Assembly: GCA_965603825.1 (NCBI GenBank)
Contig: CBFDEM010000035.1
Span: 248,001 to 312,000, forward strand
Direction: 5' to 3'
From: Blepharisma stoltei ATCC 30299
Lineage: Eukaryota; Protista; Ciliophora
DNA: 64,000 bases
The notes beneath the pieces were generated by a model. The model searched no databases and was not told the DNA's origin. It was given only the letters and a program-made list of their open reading frames with translations. Position numbers and translations under genes: made by a program. Positions 11,101 through 22,732 of the stretch are shown here, one piece after another (within the stretch, counting starts at the first letter, position 1; each line of letters opens with the position of its first letter).

Positions 11101-11706
11101 TTACCAGATTATGCATTTTTCTTTTTTCTTCCCTGTTGCATGTATTTTATCATAAATTGCGAGCTTAATAGCCTCATCAAATACCCTCCGTATCCCCTCG
11201 CCAGTAATTGAGGAGCAGGGTAAATATCCTTGATATCCCAATTCATCTGCAAGTTTTTTTGCTTCCTCATCAGTCACAACGGATTCATTTGTTCGGCTAA
11301 GTTTTTCTCTTACTTCTTGATTATCAACTAGATCTTTGTTTGTACCAACCAGAATTATTGGAGTGTTGGGCGAATGAGATTTGATCTCTCGATGCCAATT
11401 ATTTCTTACTGATAAAAATGAACCTGGATTGACTAGTGAAAAGCAAAGCAAGAAAACTTTTGCCTTGGCATAGGAGAGGATTCTTAGTTTCTGGTGTCTT
11501 TGAGCTCCTCCAATATCGCATAATTCTATCGTTATTGGTAGGCTTTTTATTTCAATTTCAGCTAAATAATTATCTAAAACCGTAGGTGTATATGTTTCTG
11601 GCAGACTACGGTGTGTGTATTTTAGAATCATTGCTGTTTTGCCGGTATTCATGTCTCCGACGGCGACAAATGTCATATCAGGAGTTTTTGGTTCTTGAGA
11701 TTCCAT
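11101..11706 (-). CDS. Atypical Rho/Rac-family small GTPase
   Basis: GDMNTGKT P-loop, YTPTVLDNY effector loop, LRILSY, VFLLCFSLVNPGSF, CAAX-like CIIW. Confidence 0.9.
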   Translation of the reverse strand: MESQEPKTPDMTFVAVGDMNTGKTAMILKYTHRSLPETYTPTVLDNYLAEIEIKSLPITIELCDIGGAQRHQKLRILSYAKAKVFLLCFSLVNPGSFLSVRNNWHREIKSHSPNTPIILVGTNKDLVDNQEVREKLSRTNESVVTDEEAKKLADELGYQGYLPCSSITGEGIRRVFDEAIKLAIYDKIHATGKKKEKCIIW

Positions 11707-12419
11707 TTATAATTTCTTACTACACTGAATCTTGGTTTTTTTACTTATAAAAATTCATATTATTTTGAAGCGCTATTTGGCATTTTTCTTAGATAATTTC
11801 TTATTTAAATTTAATCTTAAATATTTACATTTAAATAGTTAATCTTATATTTTATTACGCTAATTTATCAACACAAAATTAATTATAATCATCTGATAAG
11901 GTTTTAAATAGGATTTATTTGACAATCTAATATTTCATTTATAGAAGAGACACTTAAAATGACAAATGCTTTCTCAATTATAAATTAAAAACTATTTTTT
12001 ATATTTTTAAAAGTTTTTGCTTTCAGTCTATAATAAAATATCTTAAAAGTTCTTAAGCTCTTAAAATTTTAATGCTAAATCCGATGGTTCTTAATTTTCT
12101 CAACTTTTCATGTTAAGCAGGTTCAGGGAAAAGTTACAAACATTGTACAAATTTTGGCAAAGGAAATATGATTGAAAAGGCTCCTCAACTGCAACATAAG
12201 TTTCACCTATAATTTTGAAATTTATCTGTTTCGCAACTTCAAGACAATACAAATGGCCAATTAAAATGTTAATTTCTCGAAATCCATCAGCTTAATAACT
12301 TTAAGAATTTTAATTTAGAAGCATTTGGGGATAAAATTATTAGCAATTCTATTTCAAATAATTCCAGAAATGTACATTAAGATTTCTGGTGGAAATTCGT
12401 GCATTCATATATAGTTAAA

Positions 12420-13067
12420 ATGGTCCACACCTTACATCCACTTCCTTACACCTATACAGCCCTTGAGCCTCATATGGATGCTAGAACTGTTGAAATCCAC
12501 CATACAGCTCACCACAATACTTATGTCACCAAGCTAAATGCAGCTCTTGCTGATTTCCCAGACAGAGCCAATCTCGATCTCACTGCTTTACAACATGTTC
12601 TTGCTGGCACTAGCCCTGCTGTCATCAACAACGCTGGTGGACACTATAACCACACTCTGTTTTGGCAAAATATGGGCCCTGTTGGGTCTTCAAACCCTGC
12701 TCCATTTGGAGAACTTGCTGCCAAAATTGATGAAAAATTCGGATCATTTGAAACTTTTAAACAACAATTCACAGCTGCCGCTGTTAATAGATTTGCATCT
12801 GGTTGGGCATTTTTGACTGTCAAGCAGGATGGGACACTTGAGGTCCACAATACCCCTGGACATGAAAATCCTCTTATGGACGGAATTGGAACAGTCCATG
12901 GAGTCCCTATTTTGACTTGTGATGTTTGGGAGCATGCTTATTATTTGAAATACCAACAAAGAAGACCTGAATTTGTTGAAAACTGGTGGAGAATTGTCAA
13001 TTGGGATGCTGTGGTGAGCAATTATGACAATTACGCCAAGAATGGACAGGCAGTACCATTTGCTTAA
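12420..13067 (+). CDS. Fe/Mn superoxide dismutase without a targeting peptide
   Basis: LPYTYTALEPH, HHTAHHNTYV, NNAGGHYNH, DVWEHAYY; ATG at 12420. Confidence 0.95.
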   Translation: MVHTLHPLPYTYTALEPHMDARTVEIHHTAHHNTYVTKLNAALADFPDRANLDLTALQHVLAGTSPAVINNAGGHYNHTLFWQNMGPVGSSNPAPFGELAAKIDEKFGSFETFKQQFTAAAVNRFASGWAFLTVKQDGTLEVHNTPGHENPLMDGIGTVHGVPILTCDVWEHAYYLKYQQRRPEFVENWWRIVNWDAVVSNYDNYAKNGQAVPFA

Positions 13068-13538
13068 TAACTAAAATCTTAGAAATTAAAATAAGCTTCA
13101 ATTAATGAACTTAATATTCTGCCAATTTCATTAGCATACATTTTTTTGAATTTTTAAAAATTAATTTTGGGATATTTGCTGTTTGGATAATCCATAATCT
13201 CATTAATCCTTTAGTCACTAAACCTAAAATCAGAGAGAGGCCTTAAGCTGATATTCCTTTGTTACCATATCCTGCCTTTTTCAATTAGAATAGCAAGCTT
13301 ATTTTTAGAATTTCATAATTTTATAGCAACCATGCTTTGCCAATAATTTATAAAAATTAAACATCTATGACGCCTATTTAGCCTCCTTTTTTGCAAAACT
13401 TAATAAATGGTTTTCAAACAATGAGGTAATTAGCCTTTTAATCATTGATTCAATTTTCATCAAAGATGAAAGTTACTAACTTTCTGGAACTCGTTATAGT
13501 CCAAAGCAAAAAATTTATGCTTAATCATTACTAATTTA

Positions 13539-13898
13539 ATGAATTTGATAGCCTTAATTTGTCTGCGTACTTGCCGCTGCTTTGGCTACCATAGCAAAGA
13601 TGCGGTCCAACAAGATATTGATACTAAAGAGCCAGCTCATGCAGAAAACAATTTATCTGATTCTCTAAGCAGCATAAGAGCTGAAATCGGATCCAATGGG
13701 ATTCCTGTAGAGAAGGAAAAGTATTATGATAAAGTAGGAGGAGTGCTTGTCTTGAAAGAAGAGCCAAGAAGAAACAGCTTGGTTAATAGAAAAGACTCAA
13801 AAGAGTCAAAATATGTATTGGAAAGACGAAATACGTTTCCTTCATCCGAAAAGATTTTAATTACCCGTTTGACATTGTTGAATTTATGTAAAGAATAA
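13539..13898 (+). CDS. Hypothetical protein
   Basis: 119-aa ORF with coding-like composition between AT-rich spacers; no motif recognised. Confidence 0.5.
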   Translation: MNLIALICLRTCRCFGYHSKDAVQQDIDTKEPAHAENNLSDSLSSIRAEIGSNGIPVEKEKYYDKVGGVLVLKEEPRRNSLVNRKDSKESKYVLERRNTFPSSEKILITRLTLLNLCKE

Positions 13899-14152
13899 AT
13901 TAATTAAACTAAAATTTTGAGATTTTTTAAGCCTCTTTTGCATAATTACCAAGCAGTAGATTCGCAATGCTAACCTTCATTTTCCCTTAAAGTTTCATTA
14001 AAGTTTAAGTCATTTAGCTAAGATTTTTAATAAAATATTATTATTCAACAAATCATTTCTTCCATTTATCATCTTATAACTGGATAATATATATATAAGA
14101 ATTTTTAACAGTTTTATTTCGCAATTAGAAATGTGATATATTCGAATTTTCT

Positions 14153-16285
14153 TTACAAATATTTCTTTACAGTTGCTATTATAATATCAGGAGGGCAAGG
14201 CTTTGTTAGATAATCTACCATCCCACATTTTAAGCAGCAGTTTTTATCTTCTTCTGAGCTATACGCTGAATACCCAATTATAAAAGGCATATATTGCAGC
14301 TTTTCTTCCTCATAAAGCGCTTTTAGAGTTCTGGATGCTTCATAGCCATCAACAATAGGCATATTACAATCCATAATAACAGCTTTGTATCTTTTATTTC
14401 TTTTATCGCCTTCCAAAATCTTGTTAATTGAGTCTTTTCCATTATAGGCTTCATCATAAGTGATGTTATATTGAGCTAAAATCGAGCTCAACGCCATTCT
14501 ATTAAACTCATCGTCATCAACTATTAGTATGTCAGGATTATTCATTGATTTTATAGAATTATACTTTGCCATGTCTATAGGTTTTAATTCTTCAATGCCT
14601 ATTTGCAAATTTGTGGTACTGAAAATTGATTCTTGCTTTTCCTGGAAAATCTCCATAGAAAAATAAAATATGGAGCCTTTTCCTACTGTTGATTTAACCT
14701 TAATTCTTTTACCTCCTAAGGATTTTACTATGTAATTTGAAATTCAAAGGCCAAGTCCTGATCCTTGAGGGTTAATGCCAGGGATATAAGTTGAAGCAAA
14801 TTCGGTAAATAATTTTTTTTGAATTTCACCGCTGATTCCAATTCCTGTATCCTCAACTGAGCATTTTAGTCTCTGCTTTGAATCCAATGTAAAGCACAGT
14901 TCAATTGAGCCGCTAAATGTAAATTTAAGTGCATTGCTTAGAAGATTTAGAATCACTTGGCTAAGTCTAATTGGATCTGTAAAAATTTGTAAAGGCAATG
15001 AAGGATCAACCCTGTAGCTCATGCTTAAATTCTTTGATTTAGCTTGGAGGTCAATTAATTGGCAAACATGGCTCACAATTTTTCGAATATTGCAATAGGA
15101 TTTTTTAATTGTAAAAACACCTGCAATTATTTTTGAATAATCTAATAAATCATCAATTAAAGAGAGCATCAATTTTGAAGATACCAAAATTATTCTTAGC
15201 TTTTGTAATTCAGATTCTTTAAGAGTTTTTTCAGCTTTATCAAATAAATCATTTGCAAAAAAGCTTATAGAATTGAGTGGCGTCCTGAGCTCATGAGAAA
15301 CTGACCTGAGGAGTATAGTTTTCATTTGGCCATCAGCAATTGATTTTTCTAGCTCCACTATTTTGTTAATATTCCTAGCAGTCACAAACAATGCAGAATT
15401 ATTTTCTCATAAAATTTTTTGGACTTTTCACTCAATATTGATATTATGCACAAGAGTAACCCCAAGAGTCATTTCTGGATCTTCCAAGTACCAAAAAGCA
15501 TGTTTTATATCATCAATTAAAAAATTAGAAGTTTGAAAGGAGGAAACCTTTTTATCTGGGCAATATTCATATTTACATAAATCATGCATAATTTCATCAG
15601 GAGTGCACAGCATTATATTGAGGATGTTTGAATTGAAAAAATTAACTTGATTTTCGTTTGAAATAATTAATATCCCATCTGAATGGGCTTGAGTGATAAA
15701 TTTCAGCCTGTCTTTTGAAATTTCAACTTCTTTACTGAAAAGAAATCGCTCATAAGAAATTTTGTGGTTATAGTCACTGCTATAATTACACATGACAACA
15801 ATTGATATAAAGAGATTAAACTGGCTTGCGTTTAAGGCAAAGTCATTATTTAAGAATAGCATCTTATGAAAAATCCAACAATAAGAATGCTTAGCGAGCA
15901 ATATATTGAACAATATTTTGTTTTTCACCATTGGCATTTCTAATACTGTTGTAAAAATAATCGAAAAAGCCAAGTAAACGTTTTGCTGATCCATAAAGTG
16001 TTCCTTTGTTATAAAGGTAGCAGTGCTATATAATTCTGAAACAATTATTACGACCACAGCTTTTGTATCAGAGTACCTCTTTTCATTAAATTCAATCAGA
16101 GATATGCCAAAAGCATGGACAAGTAAATATATCAAATGATCATGGATAAAATTTGTCTTTAAGAAAAAGCAACTTAAAAGCCGTATAGTTGTTGAAACAA
16201 TAGCAAATGAATAGGAAAAATACTTCAAAAGTTGATAAGCATTATTCACTTCTTCCTTTCACCATAGCTCTCGATAATTCGACAT
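14153..16285 (-). CDS. Membrane hybrid histidine kinase (TM region, HisKA, HATPase_c, receiver)
   Basis: Three ORFs join in frame via TGAs at 16259, 15428, 15407 and 14744; SHELRTPLN, NLLSNALKFT, DTGIG, GSGLGL-W-IS, ILIVDD, MDCNMP, KP. Confidence 0.92.
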
Positions 16286-17657
16286 TTATAAGCGCATTTT
16301 CAAAAAAAATAATTGTCATTGAAATTATTTCTAAGCTATTTTAACTTTCTTTATTACGATAGGTGTAAGAGGAAATATAATAGTAATAATCTTGATTGAA
16401 GAATTATATCTGATTAGTAGTGTAAAATCTTTAGTCATACTTATCAAATTTAAAATAAATAGATCACATAAATCAGCATAATGACATTAATAAAGTTAGG
16501 GATTGTATAGCAGAAGCATTTTAACTTTCAAATATTAAATAAATTATGCATTTCAGAATTTTAAGGAAGCATTTATGATGCACTTAACAAAATAATTAAT
16601 CATTCTTTACATTGACAAATTATATTTTGAATTATTATTATTATTAGTGTTTTGGCACAATGAACCTGCATTTCGCACTTGGCATATTTTGAATATAATT
16701 ATTTCGTAAAAAATCTAAGATATTTTTATGATTTTTTCTGTATAGACATTTAAAAAATAAATATTTTAAGCTGTTTTTATAAATAAATTTTATATCAATT
16801 CTTTTGTTGAAAGCTCTTATTATGTACCTTATGTATTAGCTCCTCTTTACATTTTCTTATATTTTATATATAAAAAATTCTCTGCTTTCATTGAAATTTC
16901 TTGATTTTATTTTAATATTCTATATTAATTTGCTAATACTCGCCTCTATAATTCCTTTTGCTTCTTTAAGCAATTTTATTAGAATAAAAATTATTTTATG
17001 AGTAATAAATTTATAAAGAACAATAAAGTATTTACTACTTTCTGTTTCTCTTATTTATTACTTTCCAAATTTTAAATACTCTCATTTCATCTTATCACTG
17101 AAATTATTCAAGTGCTTATTTTTTTTTATATATTTATTTTGGTTGTTGTAAAATGGACAAAGATTTAAGATTTATGCTGGATGCACATTCGTAAGAAAAT
17201 ACCTCATAACTTAAAATAAGATTCAAAACAGCAATAACTGTCCCAGAAGCTTAAAGTTGGAAATAATTTAGTTGAGTAATAGGAATTTTCTGTTATGGAA
17301 TACATATGCATATGGCATATCAATTCATAAAAATGCTTAGAATATTGTGCAATAAAACTAAAAAGTAATCTCAGCTTCATGTTAAGTATAAATTTAGAGG
17401 CGTTGCTACTTTAGTTAATGATTATTTCGATTGGGATATTTCAAGCTAAGAGAAATTATAGAGAGCATCATTTTTTTTACTTATTTCAATCTGCTTTTAT
17501 AATAATATGTTATTTTCCCTAAATTCTTCCTATTATATACATTTCCGTCTATCAAACTAATGCCTGTCTAATAAACTTCTAGCGGTTTCATTTTCTAATT
17601 TATTTTCTGATAAAAATAACTTTGAAACCGATAGGCAATTTAATAAATAATTCAAAA

Positions 17658-19069
17658 ATGGGAATAAACGTTAGTAAAAGAAGCTTAAAAAAAGCAAGCG
17701 TGAGCAAACTACAGAAAATTACTTGACAATTAAAGTATCTTCAATAAGATCTGTATATAATATCGGCAAGATCATTGGGCACGGCCATTTTGGAGTAGTT
17801 AGAGAAGCTGTGCATATCGGAGAAAACACAAAAGTCGCAATAAAATTGATTCAAAAGTCTTTAATAAAAGATAAAATGGGTGCACTGATTAGAGAAGTTG
17901 AAATCCTTAAAGCGCTTGATCACCCAAATATTATCAGATTTTATGGGGCATATGAAGATGACATAAACTTGTACATAGTCATGGAACTTTGCTCTGGAAA
18001 AGAGCTTTTCCACAAAATAGTTAACACTGATCAAATAGATGAGCATAATGCCCAAGCAATTATGAGGAAAATTCTAATGGCAGTCAACCATCTCCATGCA
18101 AATGGGATAGTCCATCGAGATTTGAAACCGGAGAATATTTTATTCGAATCAAATGAAGAAAATGCAGAATTAAAAATTGTTGACTTTGGCCTTTCCCGTA
18201 AGTTTCAAAGAAAGTCCAAGCATTTCCATGGAGCGGTAGGTACTCCATATTACATGGCTCCTGAAATTATAAAAGGATCATACAATTTCAAATGTGACCT
18301 ATGAAGTATCGGCGTAATTTTGTACAGTATGATATGCCGAAGATTGCCTTTTTGCGAAAGATTTGACTGTGATACATTTAAAAAAATTAAATCAGGGGAT
18401 TTTAGCACAGATAACGATTTATGGAGGCAAGCCTCAAGTGATGCAAAAAATTTAATCAGAAAGCTATTAGAAGTGAATCCGTCAAAAAGACTGTCAGCAG
18501 CTCAAGCATTAGAACATCCTTGGTTCAAAGCGATGCCACAACCAAAAGTTTCTATTGACAAATCATTATTGAGTTCTCTGCAGGACTATTGTAAATCATC
18601 TTTATTTCAAAAACAGGCTCTAAATATTTTGGTCAAGCATTTAAGCTTTTCTGATTTGAAAGAGCTTAAACAAATATTTATAGGCTTAGACCAAGATTTA
18701 AACGGGAAAATTTTTAGAAAATCTTTAACTCATGCATTGGAGAATTCAGGATTCAAATTAGCCCATGATGAAATTAAAAATCTCATGAAGTCAATTGATA
18801 TAGACAAGAATGGAGTCATAAATTACTCAGAATTTTTGGCTGCTGCATTGCTTTCAAGACACAATCTAGAACAAGAAGAATTGGGATATATTTATAACCA
18901 ATTCGATACCAATAAAAAAGGATTTATTACGGGCAAAGACATTGAGGAAACGTTTAATAGATGTGGGCGTGATATGAATAGACATTCTGTTAAACTAATA
19001 ATGACAGAAATCGGAAAATCTGAAGAAGAAACAATAACTTATGCAGAGTTTACAAATATATTTGTATAA
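17658..19069 (+). CDS. Calcium-dependent protein kinase (CDPK); frame discrepancy near the 5' end
   Basis: GHGHFG, VAIK, HRDLKPEN, DFG, KCDL-W(TGA 18302)-SIG; four EF-hand-like loops (DIDKNGVINYSEF best conserved); MGINVSK start is out of frame with the kinase body. Confidence 0.88.
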
Positions 19070-19294
19070 GTTCGATTGAGTGGTATTATAATTAAATTAA
19101 TTTTCAAACACATTTAATAGAATTCTATTTAAATCAGAAAAAATAAACAAAGAAATCGACCAATAAATATAAGCAGCTTCAAAAATTATGCATAGCCAGC
19201 TAATTTCTATCTAAGATAATAGCTTCAATAAAGCAAATCCCTCAGCTTCTTAAGTTATATCAACTCTTGGAAATCTTATTATCAACTCGAGATT

Positions 19295-19324
19295 TTATAA
19301 CATTTCATTATAACATTTCATTAT
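19295..19324. repeat. Short tandem duplication (ttataacatttca x2 plus partial)
   Basis: Directly visible 13-bp unit in intergenic DNA. Confidence 0.6.
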
Positions 19325-19473
19325 TACAGCATTATTTCAATTTTTTTAGTATACCATTATAACCGTTTAAAATTGCAAAAATCATCTACTAGATCTTCTT
19401 AATTTGAAATAATCCAATTTAGCTATCATATTATTATTTAGTTTATTTTTGAATAATCAATAAAAATTACGTA

Positions 19474-20130
19474 ATGGGAGGCAATTGCACAAAAAGTGAA
19501 TCTGATGAGAATGTTATCAGGCCGAGGTTTACAATTGGCAAAGACTATCAAGAACTTCCCAATCAGTTCACAGGAGAAGGCGTTCTGAAAACTATTTCAT
19601 GGAAAGCCACAATTACAAGACAACAGTTAGAAGCTAAAAGAATCGAATTTTGGAGAACAAGGACAACAGGAAGAAGGCACATTTGGCTTGCAATAAAAAG
19701 TGCCATTGAAGCTGATGCAGCCACAGCAAAGGTTTTGCTTGAAATGAACGAAATTAAGTTAAGAAACGAAAGCATCACCATGTGTGAAGATCCCCATGGC
19801 ACAATTTATGAAATTCCTCCTTATATAGTGAATGACCCCATCTATTTTCCAAATGAAAAAAAGGTTATGGTCCCTAAGCCTGCTTTGATAGAGAATGAGC
19901 TTGTGACACTGAAGATCAGAAGGGCTGGAAAAGAGCATGATACAGTCATCCAGATAGAAACGAAAAATGTTTCAAGAGTCCTTAAAGAAATGTATGCGGA
20001 AAAAGACGGGCTAGATCCAGATACTTTACGCCTATTCTTCAGCGGGAAAGAGTTGAAAGACGATCAAACCTTGTCAAGCTGCTATGTTAGAAATGATATG
20101 GTCGTCCAAGCTTTTGTGAAGCCAGCCTAG
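19474..20130 (+). CDS. UBTD1/DC-UbP family ubiquitin-domain protein
   Basis: MGGNC N-terminus, LEAKRIEFWRT, GRRHIWLAI, GTIYEIPPY, C-terminal UBL (LRLFFSGKELKD). Confidence 0.9.
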   Translation: MGGNCTKSESDENVIRPRFTIGKDYQELPNQFTGEGVLKTISWKATITRQQLEAKRIEFWRTRTTGRRHIWLAIKSAIEADAATAKVLLEMNEIKLRNESITMCEDPHGTIYEIPPYIVNDPIYFPNEKKVMVPKPALIENELVTLKIRRAGKEHDTVIQIETKNVSRVLKEMYAEKDGLDPDTLRLFFSGKELKDDQTLSSCYVRNDMVVQAFVKPA

Positions 20131-20247
20131 TCTGGAAATAATATTAATATTATTCAGCAGATCTTGATAATTTATGATTATCTGATTCTTAATTTTGATT
20201 CAAAGTACTTTTTACTAGTTTATTTATATAATAAGTCATATAATAAA

Positions 20248-21750
20248 TTATCGCTTATTCAATATCTCTAGCACAAGCTCCACATTTGCTCTGGCCATAT
20301 CTTTAAAAGATGCCGTTTTGCAAACCTGGTCAAAATTATTAACAATATATCTCAGCGACGCTTCCCTCAAATTTGAAGCTCCATGCAAATCACTAGCCTG
20401 AAAAATATTGGCTGCATTTTCTATATTAATTGATGACATTATTCTTTGCTCGCAGATTTTCTTCAATCTCTCAATACAAAACAAATCCGCTGCTTCAAAC
20501 AAGTCCATTGCAATTTCTAAATTAACATCAGCTTGATCAGTATATAGATACCTCAAAATAGTCAAGAAAATAGGGTAAGAAATGTTATTAATTGTGATTT
20601 CTTTGGAATTCCCTTCAATCATATTTCCGCTGAACATTGCTGAAAAGTAATTCGACCGGCACAGTAGCAATTTATGTGCATAGATTGGTTTTCCTTCTAT
20701 AATAAAGGTGATATCACTGAATTGCTGATTATTTACAAGGCAGGAAAGCTCTTGAGTCAGTGTACTCTCTGGGACATCTGAGCTTTCAGTTTCAAATCGG
20801 AATTGTTTGAAATCGTTTAACCTTGTAGAACCATCATATCCTCCAAAAATAAAGAAGCATTTCCCATAAACCACTCCAATGTGGCAAAATCTACTGCATG
20901 GAGGAGTGCCTCCTGTCGAACAAATAGGAAGCCACCTCTGCTCATCAAATTTGTATTCAAAGAAATCACTTCTCGCATTCCCAGTTGATCCTCCAAATAT
21001 AAAAAGCGAGTTTTTAAAGCTAACTGCTACATGAGAGTCCCGAGGACTGGGAGGAAACCCTAGAGTTTCAATTTCACTTCATGTTTCATTCGTAAAGCTT
21101 CATGCATAAAAATCGTTCAACTGTCTCGCTCCATCATGCCCTCCAAATACAAGCATTTTATCACCTACCACTGTTGCTGTCGTTCTATACCTGGGCTTCG
21201 GCCAATGCTCATTTGCTCCTAAACTGTCAGTCACGATCCTTCACGAATTTGTTTCAAAATTGTACCTATGAAAATCATTTCTATAAAGTCCATCATATCC
21301 TGCAAAAATATACATAGAGCCTTCATATACAACGCCTGAATGGCTGTGTCGGGCTGAAGGCGGACTTCCATTGCCCGAGCTAATTATTTCTCTTCATGTA
21401 TTCGTTTCAGCATTATACTCATAAAAATCATTGACTCTGTTATATCCGTCGTAACCTCCATATACGTAAACGCAGGTGCCAAATACTACTGATACATGCC
21501 GGTCTCTAGGAGTCGGAAAAACACCGTTGGATACTATTTGGGTTCATCGGGAATTCGCAAAACTGAATCGATAAAAATCATTTGTTCTTTGCACACCGTC
21601 GTAGCCTCCAAAAATATATAATGAGTTTTCTAATACAACACCTGTGTGCAATGATCTTTGACAAGGAGGCTTTGATTGCGCAAGGACTGTTGTCCAGCAC
21701 CATGGTTTATTTTCGAGGCTTTCTTCTTCAGGATGCTTTAGCTCAGCCAT
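20248..21750 (-). CDS. Kelch-repeat plus BTB protein (LZTR1-like)
   Basis: Six kelch repeats (IFGGYDG, YGGYDG, IFAGYDG, FGGHDG); repeat-terminal Trp encoded by TGA at 21544, 21394, 21241 and 21079; BTB FSDITF...AHKLLL...YFSAMF. Confidence 0.92.
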
Positions 21751-21953
21751 GTTAGTTCAAATTTGCAAGAGTAGTTTAATATTTAAGAGATAAATTAAGG
21801 TTAGATTAAATTGCAAATTTTAAAGAATTCAAACTTTTATCAGCTTAAATAGCAAAAACTTTTTAATATGATAAATACTTGAGGAAATTTTTGGTAATAT
21901 TTTCTAGAAAAATCTTAAGCCTAATTATTACAAGGATTTTTTTTATATTTACA

Positions 21954-22541
21954 TTATATCAGCCTTTGATAAAGCTCTTCTTTATTTTTTTCTACTTTTC
22001 CCTTTGAAGTCAAAAAATAAATTCCGCATCCAACTACGCTAATTGACGCGAGAACAATAAATCTGGCATATTCAAAAACGAATGATCCACTCAGCTTCCC
22101 AATTTCACTACTTGGCAGTCCTGAGCAGCTGCTTTTCAAACAAGCATCCAAGCATTTGTCTAGCTGATCCCTTAGTTTTCCTTTGCAGCTGAGCGTGCAT
22201 ATATCAATGCATTCTGTATCATCCATATTCAGTTCATTTTCTTGATTTATCATTTTTTGGCACCCTGCTGAGATTAAGCAGTCATACATAGAATCTTCAA
22301 GGAAATTCTGTTTGCAAAGCCCAGCTTTATTTAGATTGCAGCCAATATTTTCAATAAACTGAAAATCTTGATTATTAAATGCTTTAAAGGAAAACTTTAT
22401 GGAGTTGTGTGTAAATTTGAAACCACTGAAAATACTTGAGTCGCACCCGCAGTTCTGTATGCAAGACGTGGTTGCGCATTGAGAGTAGCATGAGAATTCG
22501 CAAGCTGAAATTATAGCAATAAACAGAAAAAATAATTTCAT
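21954..22541 (-). CDS. Cys-rich type I membrane protein
   Basis: Signal peptide MKLFFLFIAIISA, many CxxxC pairs, TM IVLASISVVGCGIYFL, tail ending YQRLI. Confidence 0.75.
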   Translation of the reverse strand: MKLFFLFIAIISACEFSCYSQCATTSCIQNCGCDSSIFSGFKFTHNSIKFSFKAFNNQDFQFIENIGCNLNKAGLCKQNFLEDSMYDCLISAGCQKMINQENELNMDDTECIDICTLSCKGKLRDQLDKCLDACLKSSCSGLPSSEIGKLSGSFVFEYARFIVLASISVVGCGIYFLTSKGKVEKNKEELYQRLI

Positions 22542-22732
22542 TTTATTAATTACCCATATTGGATAAGCCATATGCCTTATTAATTAGAATTTTATGACCT
22601 ATTTTATGATAACCTAAAAAGATGATTAATTCTTAAAAAAATTAATTAAAATTATTTTTATTTATCAAATAAAATTAACAAAGAAAAGTTAAATAAATTC
22701 TTTGCGGTGATATCTTATAGCTATATATATTT

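Noticed and set aside
14153-16285. Histidine kinase, RF1 and SOD as evidence of bacterial contamination
   Set aside because: The HK uses TGA-Trp like its neighbours and all are embedded among intron-containing eukaryotic genes; hybrid HKs are common in ciliates
17700-17714. 15-nt GT-AG segment gtgagcaaactacag in the CDPK 5' region
   Set aside because: Lacks the -6 A and does not fix the frame discrepancy
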